Origin: an uncultured delta proteobacterium
GTDB taxonomy: Bacteria > Desulfobacterota > Binatia > UBA9968
Assembly: GCA_963755715.1 (NCBI GenBank)
Contig: CAVWLW010000032.1
Span: 105,991 to 169,990, forward strand
Direction of reading: 5' to 3'
DNA length: 64,000 nt
A program made the position numbers and the translations under genes. Within the stretch, counting starts at the first letter, position 1; each line of letters begins with the position of its first letter. This document shows, in pieces, positions 21,324-30,540 of this stretch. The notes beneath the pieces are model-generated. The model ran no database searches and had not been told where the DNA came from. It saw only the letters and a list, made by a program, of their open reading frames with translations.

Positions 21324-21347
21324 AGGGCGACCGCCGGTCGCCCCTAC
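21324..21347 (-). repeat. GTAG-family REP
   Basis: AGGGCGACCGCCGGTCGCCCCTAC; near-identical copy at 41852-41876. Confidence 0.75.
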
Positions 21348-21351
21348 CCGC

Positions 21352-22540
21352 TTATGCGACCTCGCCGTGCTCGTCGAGAAACAGCACTTTCGCGCTTTCG
21401 GCTCCGGCTTCGCCGGTGCACCACGGCACCATTTTTTTCATCTTGCAGGTGATGCCACGTTTTTTGAGCTCGGCTTCGAAGATCTGATGGATCTCCGGAT
21501 CTTCATCCTCATACTCGACTTGATAGCCGCCTTTTTTGCCGCTGACTTCGCCTTGGCGCAGCACAGTGGATTGGCTTGCCTGCCAGCGGTTGGCGGCGTG
21601 CTTGCGCGAGATGCCCTGATTCATCACCAAGTAAGTGGCCGGTGTGGAACCGACGTTGAAGTGTTGATGCAACCACAGCCCCTCGCCTGCGCCAGAAAGA
21701 TAAAGACTGCCCTCTTGCCAGTCGCAGCGGATGCGCGGCTCATTGCCGCGCTGCGTTAGGACGTAGCCTTCGCCCTCGGTGATATACAGATGCGCGCCTG
21801 GGCCGTGGCGATGGCCTTTCTTGTAGTGGCCCGATTCGAAGCGCGACACATGCGACTCCATCATGCCGGCGCCCATCACCATGAAACGCGTTCGTCCCGC
21901 CGCCACCCCGGCTTTTCCATTCGTAGAGCGGCAGTTTCTTGATGTCCGGGATGAAATTAGTTTCCCAAACTCTTCCTTTGTAGAGCTTGGCCTCGGCAGT
22001 GAAATAATCTGCACCACCGGCGTAGCGATCCGTGAAGTCGTAGGGATTGTTGAAAATAAAATCTTCGCTGGCCCACTGGCGCAACAGTTGCGGCAGATCG
22101 GTGACGGAAAACCAGCGCGCCGAGCGCGACAGGCTGGCGTTAAAGAACTGATGCAATGCGTTGGTCGGCAGCACGAAGTAACTGCCGGGCCCCCACTCAA
22201 AGGTTTGTTTCGCTCCTTGGTCGCGCCACACCGAGGTCGAGCCGTGTCCGCTCACGACATAAATCGCCTCGGTATATAGATGCCGCAGCGGCGCGGTGGA
22301 ACCGCCCGGCGGGAGTTCAACGATATGCTCGTCGCCTTCGTCGTCACCGTCCAGATAACAAAGCGCGCCCTTGACGCCATCGCCCTTGCGTGGCCACGGC
22401 CCAACTTCCACCGACTTCATGTCTTTGATGTAAACACCGCCGACGAGCGGCGCGCCTTCACACTTGCGCCAATCTTGATACCTGTCGATACGGACAACGG
22501 CCGGCTGTGTTTCCGGATCTAGATTGCTTGATGCGCTCAT
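21352..22540 (-). CDS. Bicupin protein (gentisate dioxygenase-like fold); single-base frameshift near 21884
   Basis: Cupin 1: RHLYTEAIYVVSGHG...LHQFFN; cupin 2: HRHGPGAHLYITEGEGY...HQHFN; removing one T in GCGTTTCATG fuses the two ORFs. Confidence 0.8.
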
Positions 22541-22706
22541 GATAGATCCTCCAACCTCACGCTTAAATTATCCTGAAGTTATTCAGGAACCGAGCTGCAT
22601 GTCAAATTCAGATCCGTCAACAGCAGTGGTGCTGTTAGATTAAGATCCGTCACTCCGTTCGAGGTGACCAGTCGTCTATCGTCTATGTTGTTGTCATTCC
22701 GAGCGA

Positions 22707-22839
22707 CAGACTGTGTGAAAACTCGATCGGAACCCTTCGACTCAGCTCAGGGCGAGCGGATAAGTACTTGGATTCTAACGAAGCCATCTCGTTCGTGGTG
22801 AGCGCCGTCGAACCATGAACGTAGTTTTCACACAGTCTG
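22707..22839. mobile_element. 133-bp MITE with perfect 17-bp TIRs and 4-bp TSD, inserted in a REP
   Basis: CAGACTGTGTGAAAACT (22707-22723) / AGTTTTCACACAGTCTG (22823-22839), flanked by GCGA on both sides. Confidence 0.85.
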
Positions 22840-22883
22840 GCGAAAGGGAGGAATCTTTGTCGACATCACGATCCGAAAAAAGA

Positions 22884-23933
22884 TCACCGCTGGCTGATTT
22901 CTTTGGCGAGGCGTTCCCACTTGTCGGTGTCATGCTCAAATTGTTCGAGAGAGCGACCGAATCCAGGATGCCAGCGCTTGAACGGCATTTCATTCGACGG
23001 ATGACCATACTGGAATTTTTCCAGTATTTTGCGAGAGCTCGAGCCGAGAAGGAAATCGACGAAAAGAGCGGCTGCGTGCGGGTGCGGTGGTTGCGCGGCC
23101 AAGGCGACGCATCCTGAATTCGTCGGCACCAACTCCATCGGCACCCAGGCGACCGCCGAGCCGCGTTCGGCCGAGACCATGGCGTGATTGCGGTAAATGT
23201 GAAACGACGCGCCGAGCTCGCCTGAAGCCATCAGGTCGACCAGCGCAGCACTGCTCACCGTATAAACCCGGATATCTTGAGCTTTGAGTTTTTTGACGAA
23301 CTCTTCGCCTTTAATCTTGATCATCGCGCCGATCATGCGCGCCGAGCTTTCGTTGAGGGTGATGCTCATTTTCCCTTTGAGCTGCGGGTGAAGCAGCCCA
23401 TCGAAGCCTTTCGGCACCGCGCTCGCCGGAATTTGTTCTTTGCTGTAGCCGAAACCCATATAAGACTCGCGAAAGATGGTCCAGAAGGTGAGCCCCTTGT
23501 CGGCTTTCTCTTTGGCTTCGCTTGGATAATTTACCAGGGCCGGCGAATCGTACGGGCGCGTGAGCGCGTTTGTCCGCGCCACCATCATGAAATCGTAAGT
23601 GGTTTCCAGGACGTCGAAGGTCGGACGGCGCGCTTTGGCTTCTTCCGACATGCGCGGCATCAGCTCGCTGCCGCCGGCGCGAAAAACTTCGACGCGCACG
23701 CCGGGATATTTCGTTTCGAAGGCGCGCGCCAGGGCTTTGTACGAGTCACCTGCCAGAGATGTGTACCAGGTAGCGACGCCTTCTGTTTTTGCTCCCGCAT
23801 GGAGTAATTGTTCGCGGTCCGCGCCCATGTAGGCGGCGATTTCCGCGACCGTCGCGGGCTTACGCGATTGCGCCGCCAGCAGCGTGGGGATAGTCAGCAA
23901 TACTGATAACAAGATCGCTTGCAGCCATCTCAT
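22884..23933 (-). CDS. ABC substrate-binding protein, Fe3+/AfuA-like class
   Basis: Signal peptide; GAKTEG..WYTS, FETKYPGV, PHPHAAALFVDFLL. Confidence 0.85.
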   Translation of the reverse strand: MRWLQAILLSVLLTIPTLLAAQSRKPATVAEIAAYMGADREQLLHAGAKTEGVATWYTSLAGDSYKALARAFETKYPGVRVEVFRAGGSELMPRMSEEAKARRPTFDVLETTYDFMMVARTNALTRPYDSPALVNYPSEAKEKADKGLTFWTIFRESYMGFGYSKEQIPASAVPKGFDGLLHPQLKGKMSITLNESSARMIGAMIKIKGEEFVKKLKAQDIRVYTVSSAALVDLMASGELGASFHIYRNHAMVSAERGSAVAWVPMELVPTNSGCVALAAQPPHPHAAALFVDFLLGSSSRKILEKFQYGHPSNEMPFKRWHPGFGRSLEQFEHDTDKWERLAKEISQR

Positions 23934-23994
23934 CTTTACGGCTCTCCCGATAGAGAAAAGTTCATGGACGATCCGTCTCGCGCGGCGGCTTTGC

Positions 23995-25089
23995 TCATCC
24001 GCCTTTACGGCTGATTTCTTTTAGAAGTCTTTCCCAGCCTTCCAGTTGTTTCTCGTATTTGTCCGTGGCAATCCCGTGGTCCGGGCGCCAGCGTTTAAAG
24101 CCCAAGTTTTTGGCGGCGCTGCCGTATTCGTATTTTTCCAGCACTGCTTGGCCTTCCGGTCCGAGAAGATAATCGGCCAAGAGCAGGGCGGCGTGCGGAT
24201 GCGGCGGCTGCACGGCGATGGCCGCGCCGCCGACATTGGTCGGCACGATGTCCATCGGCACCCAATCCACCGGCGCGCCTTTAGCGATGGCGTTGAGCGT
24301 GTGATTGCGAAAGATGGCGGGCGAGGCGAGAACTTCACCCGAGGCGATCAGATCGAGCAGAGCCGGCGGAATGATCGTGTGCAACGCGATCTCTTGCGCC
24401 TTGAGCTTTTTGACCAGCTCCACGCCTCTGGTGCTGATCATCGCGCCGATGACTTTGTAAGCCGGATCGCTGACCGACACGCCCATGCGGGCTTTCAGCG
24501 CCGGATGGAGCAGCCCTTCATAATTTTTTGGCACGGCGCTTTTAGGAAGCAGTTTGGTATTATAAGCGAAGCCAATGTAGGACTCGCGCGCGATCGCCCA
24601 GAAATACAAACCTCTTTCGCCTTTTTCTTTAGCGTCTTCCGGATAGGACGCAAAATGCGGCGAGAAATAGGGACGCAAAAGAAAAGCGTCTCGCATAAAC
24701 ATCAGATTGCCTTCGGTGGTTTCCACCGCGTCGGCGATATATTTTTTGGCTTTCGATTCTTCGTACATACGCGCGGTCATGTCGGAGCCCGAAACTCGAT
24801 AGGCTTCGACTTTCACGCCGGGGTATTTAGTTTCGAAGGCTTTGACCATGCCTTTGTAGGATTCGCCGGCGAGCGATGTGTACCAAGTGAGCTTGCCCTC
24901 GCTCTTCGCTCCTGAGTAGAGCAACTGTTCTCGATCAGCGCCGCTATAGGTGGCGATCTCCGTAATCGTCATCGGTTTGCGGCCTTGTACCCAGGCCTCC
25001 GAGGGCAACAGGAACAGCAAGCAAAGCACGAGATCTAGAATCAGCATTTTTGCTTTGCTGCCGTTTTGTTTAGTAAGATGACCTTTCAT
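23995..25089 (-). CDS. ABC substrate-binding protein, Fe3+/AfuA-like class (tandem paralog)
   Basis: GAKSEGKLTWYTS, FETKYPGV, PHPHAALLLADYLL. Confidence 0.85.
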   Translation of the reverse strand: MKGHLTKQNGSKAKMLILDLVLCLLFLLPSEAWVQGRKPMTITEIATYSGADREQLLYSGAKSEGKLTWYTSLAGESYKGMVKAFETKYPGVKVEAYRVSGSDMTARMYEESKAKKYIADAVETTEGNLMFMRDAFLLRPYFSPHFASYPEDAKEKGERGLYFWAIARESYIGFAYNTKLLPKSAVPKNYEGLLHPALKARMGVSVSDPAYKVIGAMISTRGVELVKKLKAQEIALHTIIPPALLDLIASGEVLASPAIFRNHTLNAIAKGAPVDWVPMDIVPTNVGGAAIAVQPPHPHAALLLADYLLGPEGQAVLEKYEYGSAAKNLGFKRWRPDHGIATDKYEKQLEGWERLLKEISRKGG

Positions 25090-25205
25090 TTCTGGGCAAT
25101 CTCCTTGGCTAGTTTCTCCCACTTGATACCGTCTTTTTCAAATTGCTTCAGCATTCTTACCGAAGCCAGGATGGCGGCGCTTGAATCATATTCATTCGAT
25201 GATCC
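25086..25205 (-). pseudogene. 3'-end stub of a third AfuA-like SBP gene
   Basis: Reads ~FKRRHPGFG..QFEKDGIKWEKLAKEIAQK* versus FKRWHPGFGRSLEQFEHDTDKWERLAKEISQR* of 22884..23933. Confidence 0.8.
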
Positions 25206-25569
25206 GATGGAGTCCAATTGATAACCGGTACGGAACTATCGCCCGATACCACGGCCAAACAAATACTGTCAACGAGCAGTGCACAAAGCGTTACCCAGCC
25301 TTCTCTATAACCAATTCTTCACCGTTAATTCTCCGATTCGTCATCCATTGTTAAACTCGGCCGAGTAGTTCCATGCTGTCGCGCATTCTTCCCAAGGCTT
25401 AATCTTTTTCTCAAGCGCGATTGGAGCGCCCTTTTGTGGGGTTACGAGCAACACCCATTTGGGGTTTGACGGAGCGTCTTCGTTGTTGGTATTGCGGCTC
25501 TGGATAGTGGCAGTGGGTGCAAGAGGGGAAAACTGGCTTCCAAACATAGGATTACCAAGGAGGTGCTCT

Positions 25570-26169
25570 ATGAAGAAATTACGAATGTTAATTGTTGTTG
25601 TGGCTGGCCTTTTGGCCACAGCTACCTTGGCCCGCGGTGAGACCTTGAACGCCACGCTGACGGGCTATGAGGAGTCGCCGTCGGTATCCACAGTCGCCAA
25701 CGGGGATTTCAGCGCGATCATTGAAAACAATGGTGCCGCTGACCACTTCCACTATACCCTGACGTACAGTGGGCTGCAGGGGACGGTGTCACAGAGCCAC
25801 ATCCACATTGCCCAACCCGGCGTGAACGGCAGCATCGTTATCTGGCTATGCCAGACGGGCACGAATAAGGATCCTACCGGCCTTTCCCCTCAGTGCCCTC
25901 AAGAGGGGACCGTGACTGGGAGGATCACGGCCGCAAACGTCATAGCCGGGTCCACGACAACCCAGCAACTCAATGCTGGTGACTTTGCCGGGGCCATAGC
26001 CGCCATCCGGGCCGGCTTTGCTTACGCGAACGTACACACGCTTCCCCTCTCGCCGGGCGGTGAGATCCGCGGGCAGATCGACGCACATCGGCAAATAGTG
26101 ACTTCGATAGCGACGACGGAAGGTCGACAACTGAGGCAGACAACATCGGAAGATGATCGGTGCCGCTGA
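25570..26169 (+). CDS. Secreted CHRD-domain protein
   Basis: Signal peptide; LTGYEESP, SHIH, YANVHT...PGGEIRGQI; AGGAGG RBS. Confidence 0.88.
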   Translation: MKKLRMLIVVVAGLLATATLARGETLNATLTGYEESPSVSTVANGDFSAIIENNGAADHFHYTLTYSGLQGTVSQSHIHIAQPGVNGSIVIWLCQTGTNKDPTGLSPQCPQEGTVTGRITAANVIAGSTTTQQLNAGDFAGAIAAIRAGFAYANVHTLPLSPGGEIRGQIDAHRQIVTSIATTEGRQLRQTTSEDDRCR

Positions 26170-26256
26170 ATAACAAGCGTGTGCAGGCATAACTCAACGG
26201 CACGCATAAATGGCTAGTGCGCAGAGCCTGCGAAGCTGCGCCCATGTCCTCCCGCG

Positions 26257-26500
26257 TTATCTATTCGCTTGTTCGATGTACTCACGCAAAAACGAGATTA
26301 CTTCCGGGCGGTGTCTGAGAGGCGGGCTGGAATAGGCGTTCTCCCGCTTCACCGACTTCAAAGCGCGGCTGAAAACGCATGGCGGTGGTCGCGTCCTGGA
26401 GGAAGTCCTGATCCCGTGACAAGGCGTCGAAAGCCTTTCGCAATATGCTAATCGACTCCGCCGGCGCCTTCGGCGGCAACAGCGCCATTCGTGTCATGCT
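26257..26500 (-). pseudogene. Diverged 3'-end copy of the tctC-like gene (30541..31635)
   Basis: MTRMALLPPKAPAESISILRKAFDALSRDQDFLQDATTAMRFQPRFEVGEAGERLFQ...EVISFLREYIEQANR*. Confidence 0.9.
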
Positions 26501-26798
26501 GTCAGCAAAAACTAGTCTTGCGAGCGATAGCTTCCAGGTATCGGACCGGTGTAGCGGGTTTGCATCGATTTTAACGCCCGGCGCGGCCATTGCCATCATT
26601 TCGCCACTTTGATAAACGCTTCTGCTCTAATTGACGCTGTCAGGCACGGTACCGGAGTTTGCCGTTTTACGGTCATTTCGCCTGCGCGCGAATATCCGCG
26701 AAAGGAGGGGGAAAATATGTAATGCAAGACGAATGGCGATTTGACACTAGCCGCTTCATTCACAGCCGAAACATGCCACGTAACTCGGAGGACAAACT

Positions 26799-28174
26799 AT
26801 GAGGTCACAATCGATTTCTATAAAAGTTTTCCTGCTGTTTACGGTTATCTTATTTCCACTTGCGCCTAAATTTGCCCCAGGCGGCTTGCAAAGCGTCTTG
26901 GCTTGGGGAGACGATGACAATGATAGGCGATCGTTCCCGCAGAAGGCCACGTTCACGACTCTGATCACCACTCCACGCGCCCTTGAGGGGTTGACCGGAG
27001 ACAATCATGGTAATCTGTACACCGGCGGTTCGGTCACCGTCGCCACTACCCCCATCACCCCCTGCCCTATTTGGAAAATCAATATCAACAATCCCGCTCT
27101 GGTGGAGGTTGGGAAAATTACGCCCAATGCATCTCCCTTCACTTGCGGCTTCGCTGGCATTGCTTTGAATGACATCGGCGATGTGTTTGTCGCGGACGGA
27201 GCCGGGGCAAGAATATTCAGCTTTACACCGAATAGCGGCAGTCCGCCGACCGTGAGCGTGCCATATGCCATCGGTACTCCGGGCGCCAACGGTCTTGCCT
27301 TTGACGAGAAGGGAAACCTGTGGGCCAGCGATGGGGTTACCGGTCAGGGAAGGGTTTGGAAAATCACCGGGCCCGGAGCCAACTGCACTGCCCCGCCCGC
27401 TGTTATAAACTGCGAAGAGGTTTTTCGTATCCAGCCGATGTCGAATGAAGTGAATCTCGTGGCCGGCGTGGGCGGAGTTGGGCGTGACGTCCGCGACTTG
27501 CCGCCTGGTGTTATAATAGTGACACCAACAACTCGCAATGCGGCACTAACACCGTCTGTCCAGCACCCTTCACTACTCCCTGTGCTCTCGGCTCCCAACC
27601 CCTGGTTGCGAACGGTTTAGCCTTCAATAAGAAGGGCGATCTTTTCAATATCGACACCGCTCGGGGAGCGCTTTGGAAGATTGAATTCGATCGGCATGGA
27701 AACCTCAAGAGTCCGACCGGCTGCGATACCACATTCACGGCAAACACGCTGTGTCTCAGCAATATCTTTGTCGCTCATCCGATTCTCGAGGGCGGCGACG
27801 GCATAGCCCTCGATCGCGAGGAAAATATCTGGGTCGATGCCAATGAGCGGAATGCGGTGGCGGTGGTTACCAGAGAGGGGAAAGTCTTTGAAATTTTCCG
27901 CAACCCGGTCAACTTACCGAAGCCTGTCGGATTTGGAGTCGGATTGAGGAACGCAGGTGACCAAAATGGTGTGGGAAACGATCACATTCTTGAATTCCCA
28001 ACGAGCCCATTTCTTACCGGAAAGGTATTTTGCACATCTATGTCTGACGGCAACCGGCGCGACAACTCCCCAAATACGGGCGGAGAGATTGTGCCGGGCT
28101 CAGCGATTCTAGGTAAGATCTCCTGCATGGATCAGGAATTAAAAATTCCCGGTCTGCCGCTACCTGTTCGGTAG
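26799..28174 (+). CDS. Secreted SMP-30/gluconolactonase-like beta-propeller protein (one base missing near 27545)
   Basis: Signal peptide; repeated ANGLAFD, ANGLAFN and GDGIALD blades; after the shift the frame continues to the stop at 28174. Confidence 0.75.
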
Positions 28175-28191
28175 AGTCGTCAGCCGCGATG

Positions 28192-28219
28192 GAGTCTCCT
28201 GGGACCGACCAGGAGACTC
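28192..28219 (+). terminator. Stem-loop after the beta-propeller gene
   Basis: GAGTCTCCTGG-gaccga-CCAGGAGACTC perfect 11-bp stem; weak U-tract. Confidence 0.55.
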
Positions 28220-28332
28220 ACTGCGCTTTGCTGAAATTCACCGCTTCGACCGACTTTTAGTAATGCCTTCATTCAATCACTGCGGCTCTGATTCTCAGTG
28301 TTCTGTTCGTAGAGAAATATTTCGACCTCTTA

Positions 28333-28408
28333 GTCATACCCGAGGGTTTCAGTCGGGCGTCCAGTCAGAGTTTCGTCTGGATTCCCGCTTCAAGCATGCG
28401 GGAATGAC
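28333..28408. repeat. REP-like palindrome (GTCAT...ATGAC class)
   Basis: GTCATACCCG...TCCAG...CTGGATTCCCGC...GCGGGAATGAC. Confidence 0.7.
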
Positions 28409-28561
28409 GGAATAACAGAAAAATCGTCACATGTGGATCTGTTCTGCGTGAACTTACACCCCGGATTTCGGGCTGCGGAAGTTTAGCGTTTCTTTGATAG
28501 CCATTTCGGCCCGGCGATCGGTCCGCGCTGTCTAATATTACCGATAGAGAGTGTGAGCCGC

Positions 28562-28690
28562 CTACTTATTCGCGTCTTCGATGTACTTGCGAAGAAAAGC
28601 TATGACCTCGGGCGATGTCTGCGAGGCGCGCTGGAACAAGCGCTCGCCGGCTTCGGGCATGGCACCAGTTTTCGGTGGCGTAACAGCAAA
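28562..28690 (-). pseudogene. Second 3'-end copy of the tctC-like gene, containing a 51-bp perfect repeat
   Basis: EAGERLFQRASQTSPEVIAFLRKYIEDANK*; 28605-28655 is identical to 30584-30634. Confidence 0.9.
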
Positions 28691-28841
28691 TTTCCGATCA
28701 CGCTTATGACTCTCCTCGCATCAATTCCATTTCGTTGGTATTGATTAGCGATCCAAAGCTAGGCGGGTCCGGCTGGTAAAGCACTGTAACCGTGCCCTGA
28801 AGAGCCCATAGTGAACAACCGCAGCTAATCGCCGCTGGTAG

Positions 28842-30476
28842 ATGAGTCCTGAAGAAAAGTCACGAAGAAGAAAGCAAGCGCGCAAGTCTGGTAACCCGCC
28901 GGATCAGCCGACGGCGACACTTTCAAAGGCGCTGACGGTCACACTGGCGATCGCAATTCTGGCGCTAGCGCTCGCGGTCCGCCTGTACAGCATTAATAGC
29001 GCCCCTCTTTGGCACGATGAAGCCTATACGCTTCTCGCGGCCGAGTTGCCTCCCGCGCAAATCGTCGATCTTCTGAAGCACGATTCGGGGCCTCCTCTGT
29101 ATTATTTTTTGCTGCACTATTGGGTCTCTTTGTTTGAAGAGAGCGAGCTTGCCGTTCGCTCGCTATCGACTCTCTTCAGCATACTGTTGATTGCAGGAAT
29201 ATTTTGGGCGGGTCAACGTTTGTACTCGACTGAGGCAGGTCTTCTTGCCGCATTGATCGCGGCGACTTCCCCGATACAGATTCATTATTCCCAGCAGGTG
29301 CGGATGTATACCCTTTTGCCGCTTGTTTCGCTGGCTTCGATCTATTTCCTGGTCCGATATCTTCAGACTTCCCAGCGAAGATATATCGCCCTGTGCGCCG
29401 TGGCGACAATATTATGTTTGTACACCCATTCGTTTACTTTTTTCCTCCTTCCTGTTCACCTTACGCTGATTCTTTTTGAAGGCGGCCGGCAAAAAAGATG
29501 GAAGGACCTGGCGGTCATGTATGCGGTGGTGGGCTTCAGTTATCTGCCGTGGCTGCCGGTTTTCCTTTTGCAATTGAAAAACAAGGATCCGATCGCCTGG
29601 TTCAGTCTTTTCTGGCAAGACTGGGGCCCGTTGGAAGCGGTTGCCTGGACGTTGAGTTCCTTCTCGCCCGGCGGGGCGCAGCCGCCGATTGTCGACGGGT
29701 TCAATGTGCCGGCGTTTGGCCGGGTCGGCCCGGCGTGCTTTTTTGGTGTCTTAGTTGTTGCCGGCGTTGCCCATCTGATCAAGACTCGATGGAGCAGAGA
29801 TCGGTTGGGCGCGCTCTGTTTCTCGGCCTACATGATCGTCCCGCTCGCTTGTTCGGTGATTTCTTCGGTTTTGATCAGCCCGAACTATCTTGCGGGTCGC
29901 GTCGACCAAATGGTGTTTCCGGCATTCTGTGTGATCGCGGCTCTGGGAATCTGTGCTGTTCCCTCTTGGAATTTGAGATGGCCAATGGTCGGCACCATGC
30001 TAATTTTGTCAGCTCTGACGTTGCAACAATTCTACGGCCGCGATTTTGCCTGGGGCGCGCGGGAGGTCAGCGACTTCATCAGTGCGCGCATTCAATCCGG
30101 GGATCCCATTGTTTGCACCGGTTTGACCCGCACGTCGCTGACCTATTACATGCGCCGCCACGGCGGGCGAGCGAAAATGTTTTCTTATCCCCGCGATACC
30201 GCCCAGCACCTCGGCTACCAAAACAACATCAATCTCTTGGAAAATCCCGACTATCTCGCCGCCGAGGCGCAGGGAATTATTAATGATATGCGATCCGCCA
30301 GTGCTCCAGGCGGTCGTTTCTTCGTCGTGTTGGGATATGCCTTGATGGTCAATAAACCGTTGTGGGAAAAGCTATCTGCCACCGCCGACTTGGAACTGCT
30401 CGAGCCTCCGTCGTACGTGGGTCCTCAGAACGGCAACAATGGCGTGGTGGTGTTGCGATATCAATTCAAGAAATAG
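28842..30476 (+). CDS. GT39/ArnT-PMT-like membrane glycosyltransferase (GT-C fold)
   Basis: LWHDEAY, PPLYYFLLHYW, VRSLS, YSQQVRMY; polytopic. Confidence 0.85.
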   Translation: MSPEEKSRRRKQARKSGNPPDQPTATLSKALTVTLAIAILALALAVRLYSINSAPLWHDEAYTLLAAELPPAQIVDLLKHDSGPPLYYFLLHYWVSLFEESELAVRSLSTLFSILLIAGIFWAGQRLYSTEAGLLAALIAATSPIQIHYSQQVRMYTLLPLVSLASIYFLVRYLQTSQRRYIALCAVATILCLYTHSFTFFLLPVHLTLILFEGGRQKRWKDLAVMYAVVGFSYLPWLPVFLLQLKNKDPIAWFSLFWQDWGPLEAVAWTLSSFSPGGAQPPIVDGFNVPAFGRVGPACFFGVLVVAGVAHLIKTRWSRDRLGALCFSAYMIVPLACSVISSVLISPNYLAGRVDQMVFPAFCVIAALGICAVPSWNLRWPMVGTMLILSALTLQQFYGRDFAWGAREVSDFISARIQSGDPIVCTGLTRTSLTYYMRRHGGRAKMFSYPRDTAQHLGYQNNINLLENPDYLAAEAQGIINDMRSASAPGGRFFVVLGYALMVNKPLWEKLSATADLELLEPPSYVGPQNGNNGVVVLRYQFKK

Positions 30477-30540
30477 AATCTTCCATTGCGATTCCGATGA
30501 TCGTTCTTGAATAACGCCAATCAGAAATTCGATCGACGAT

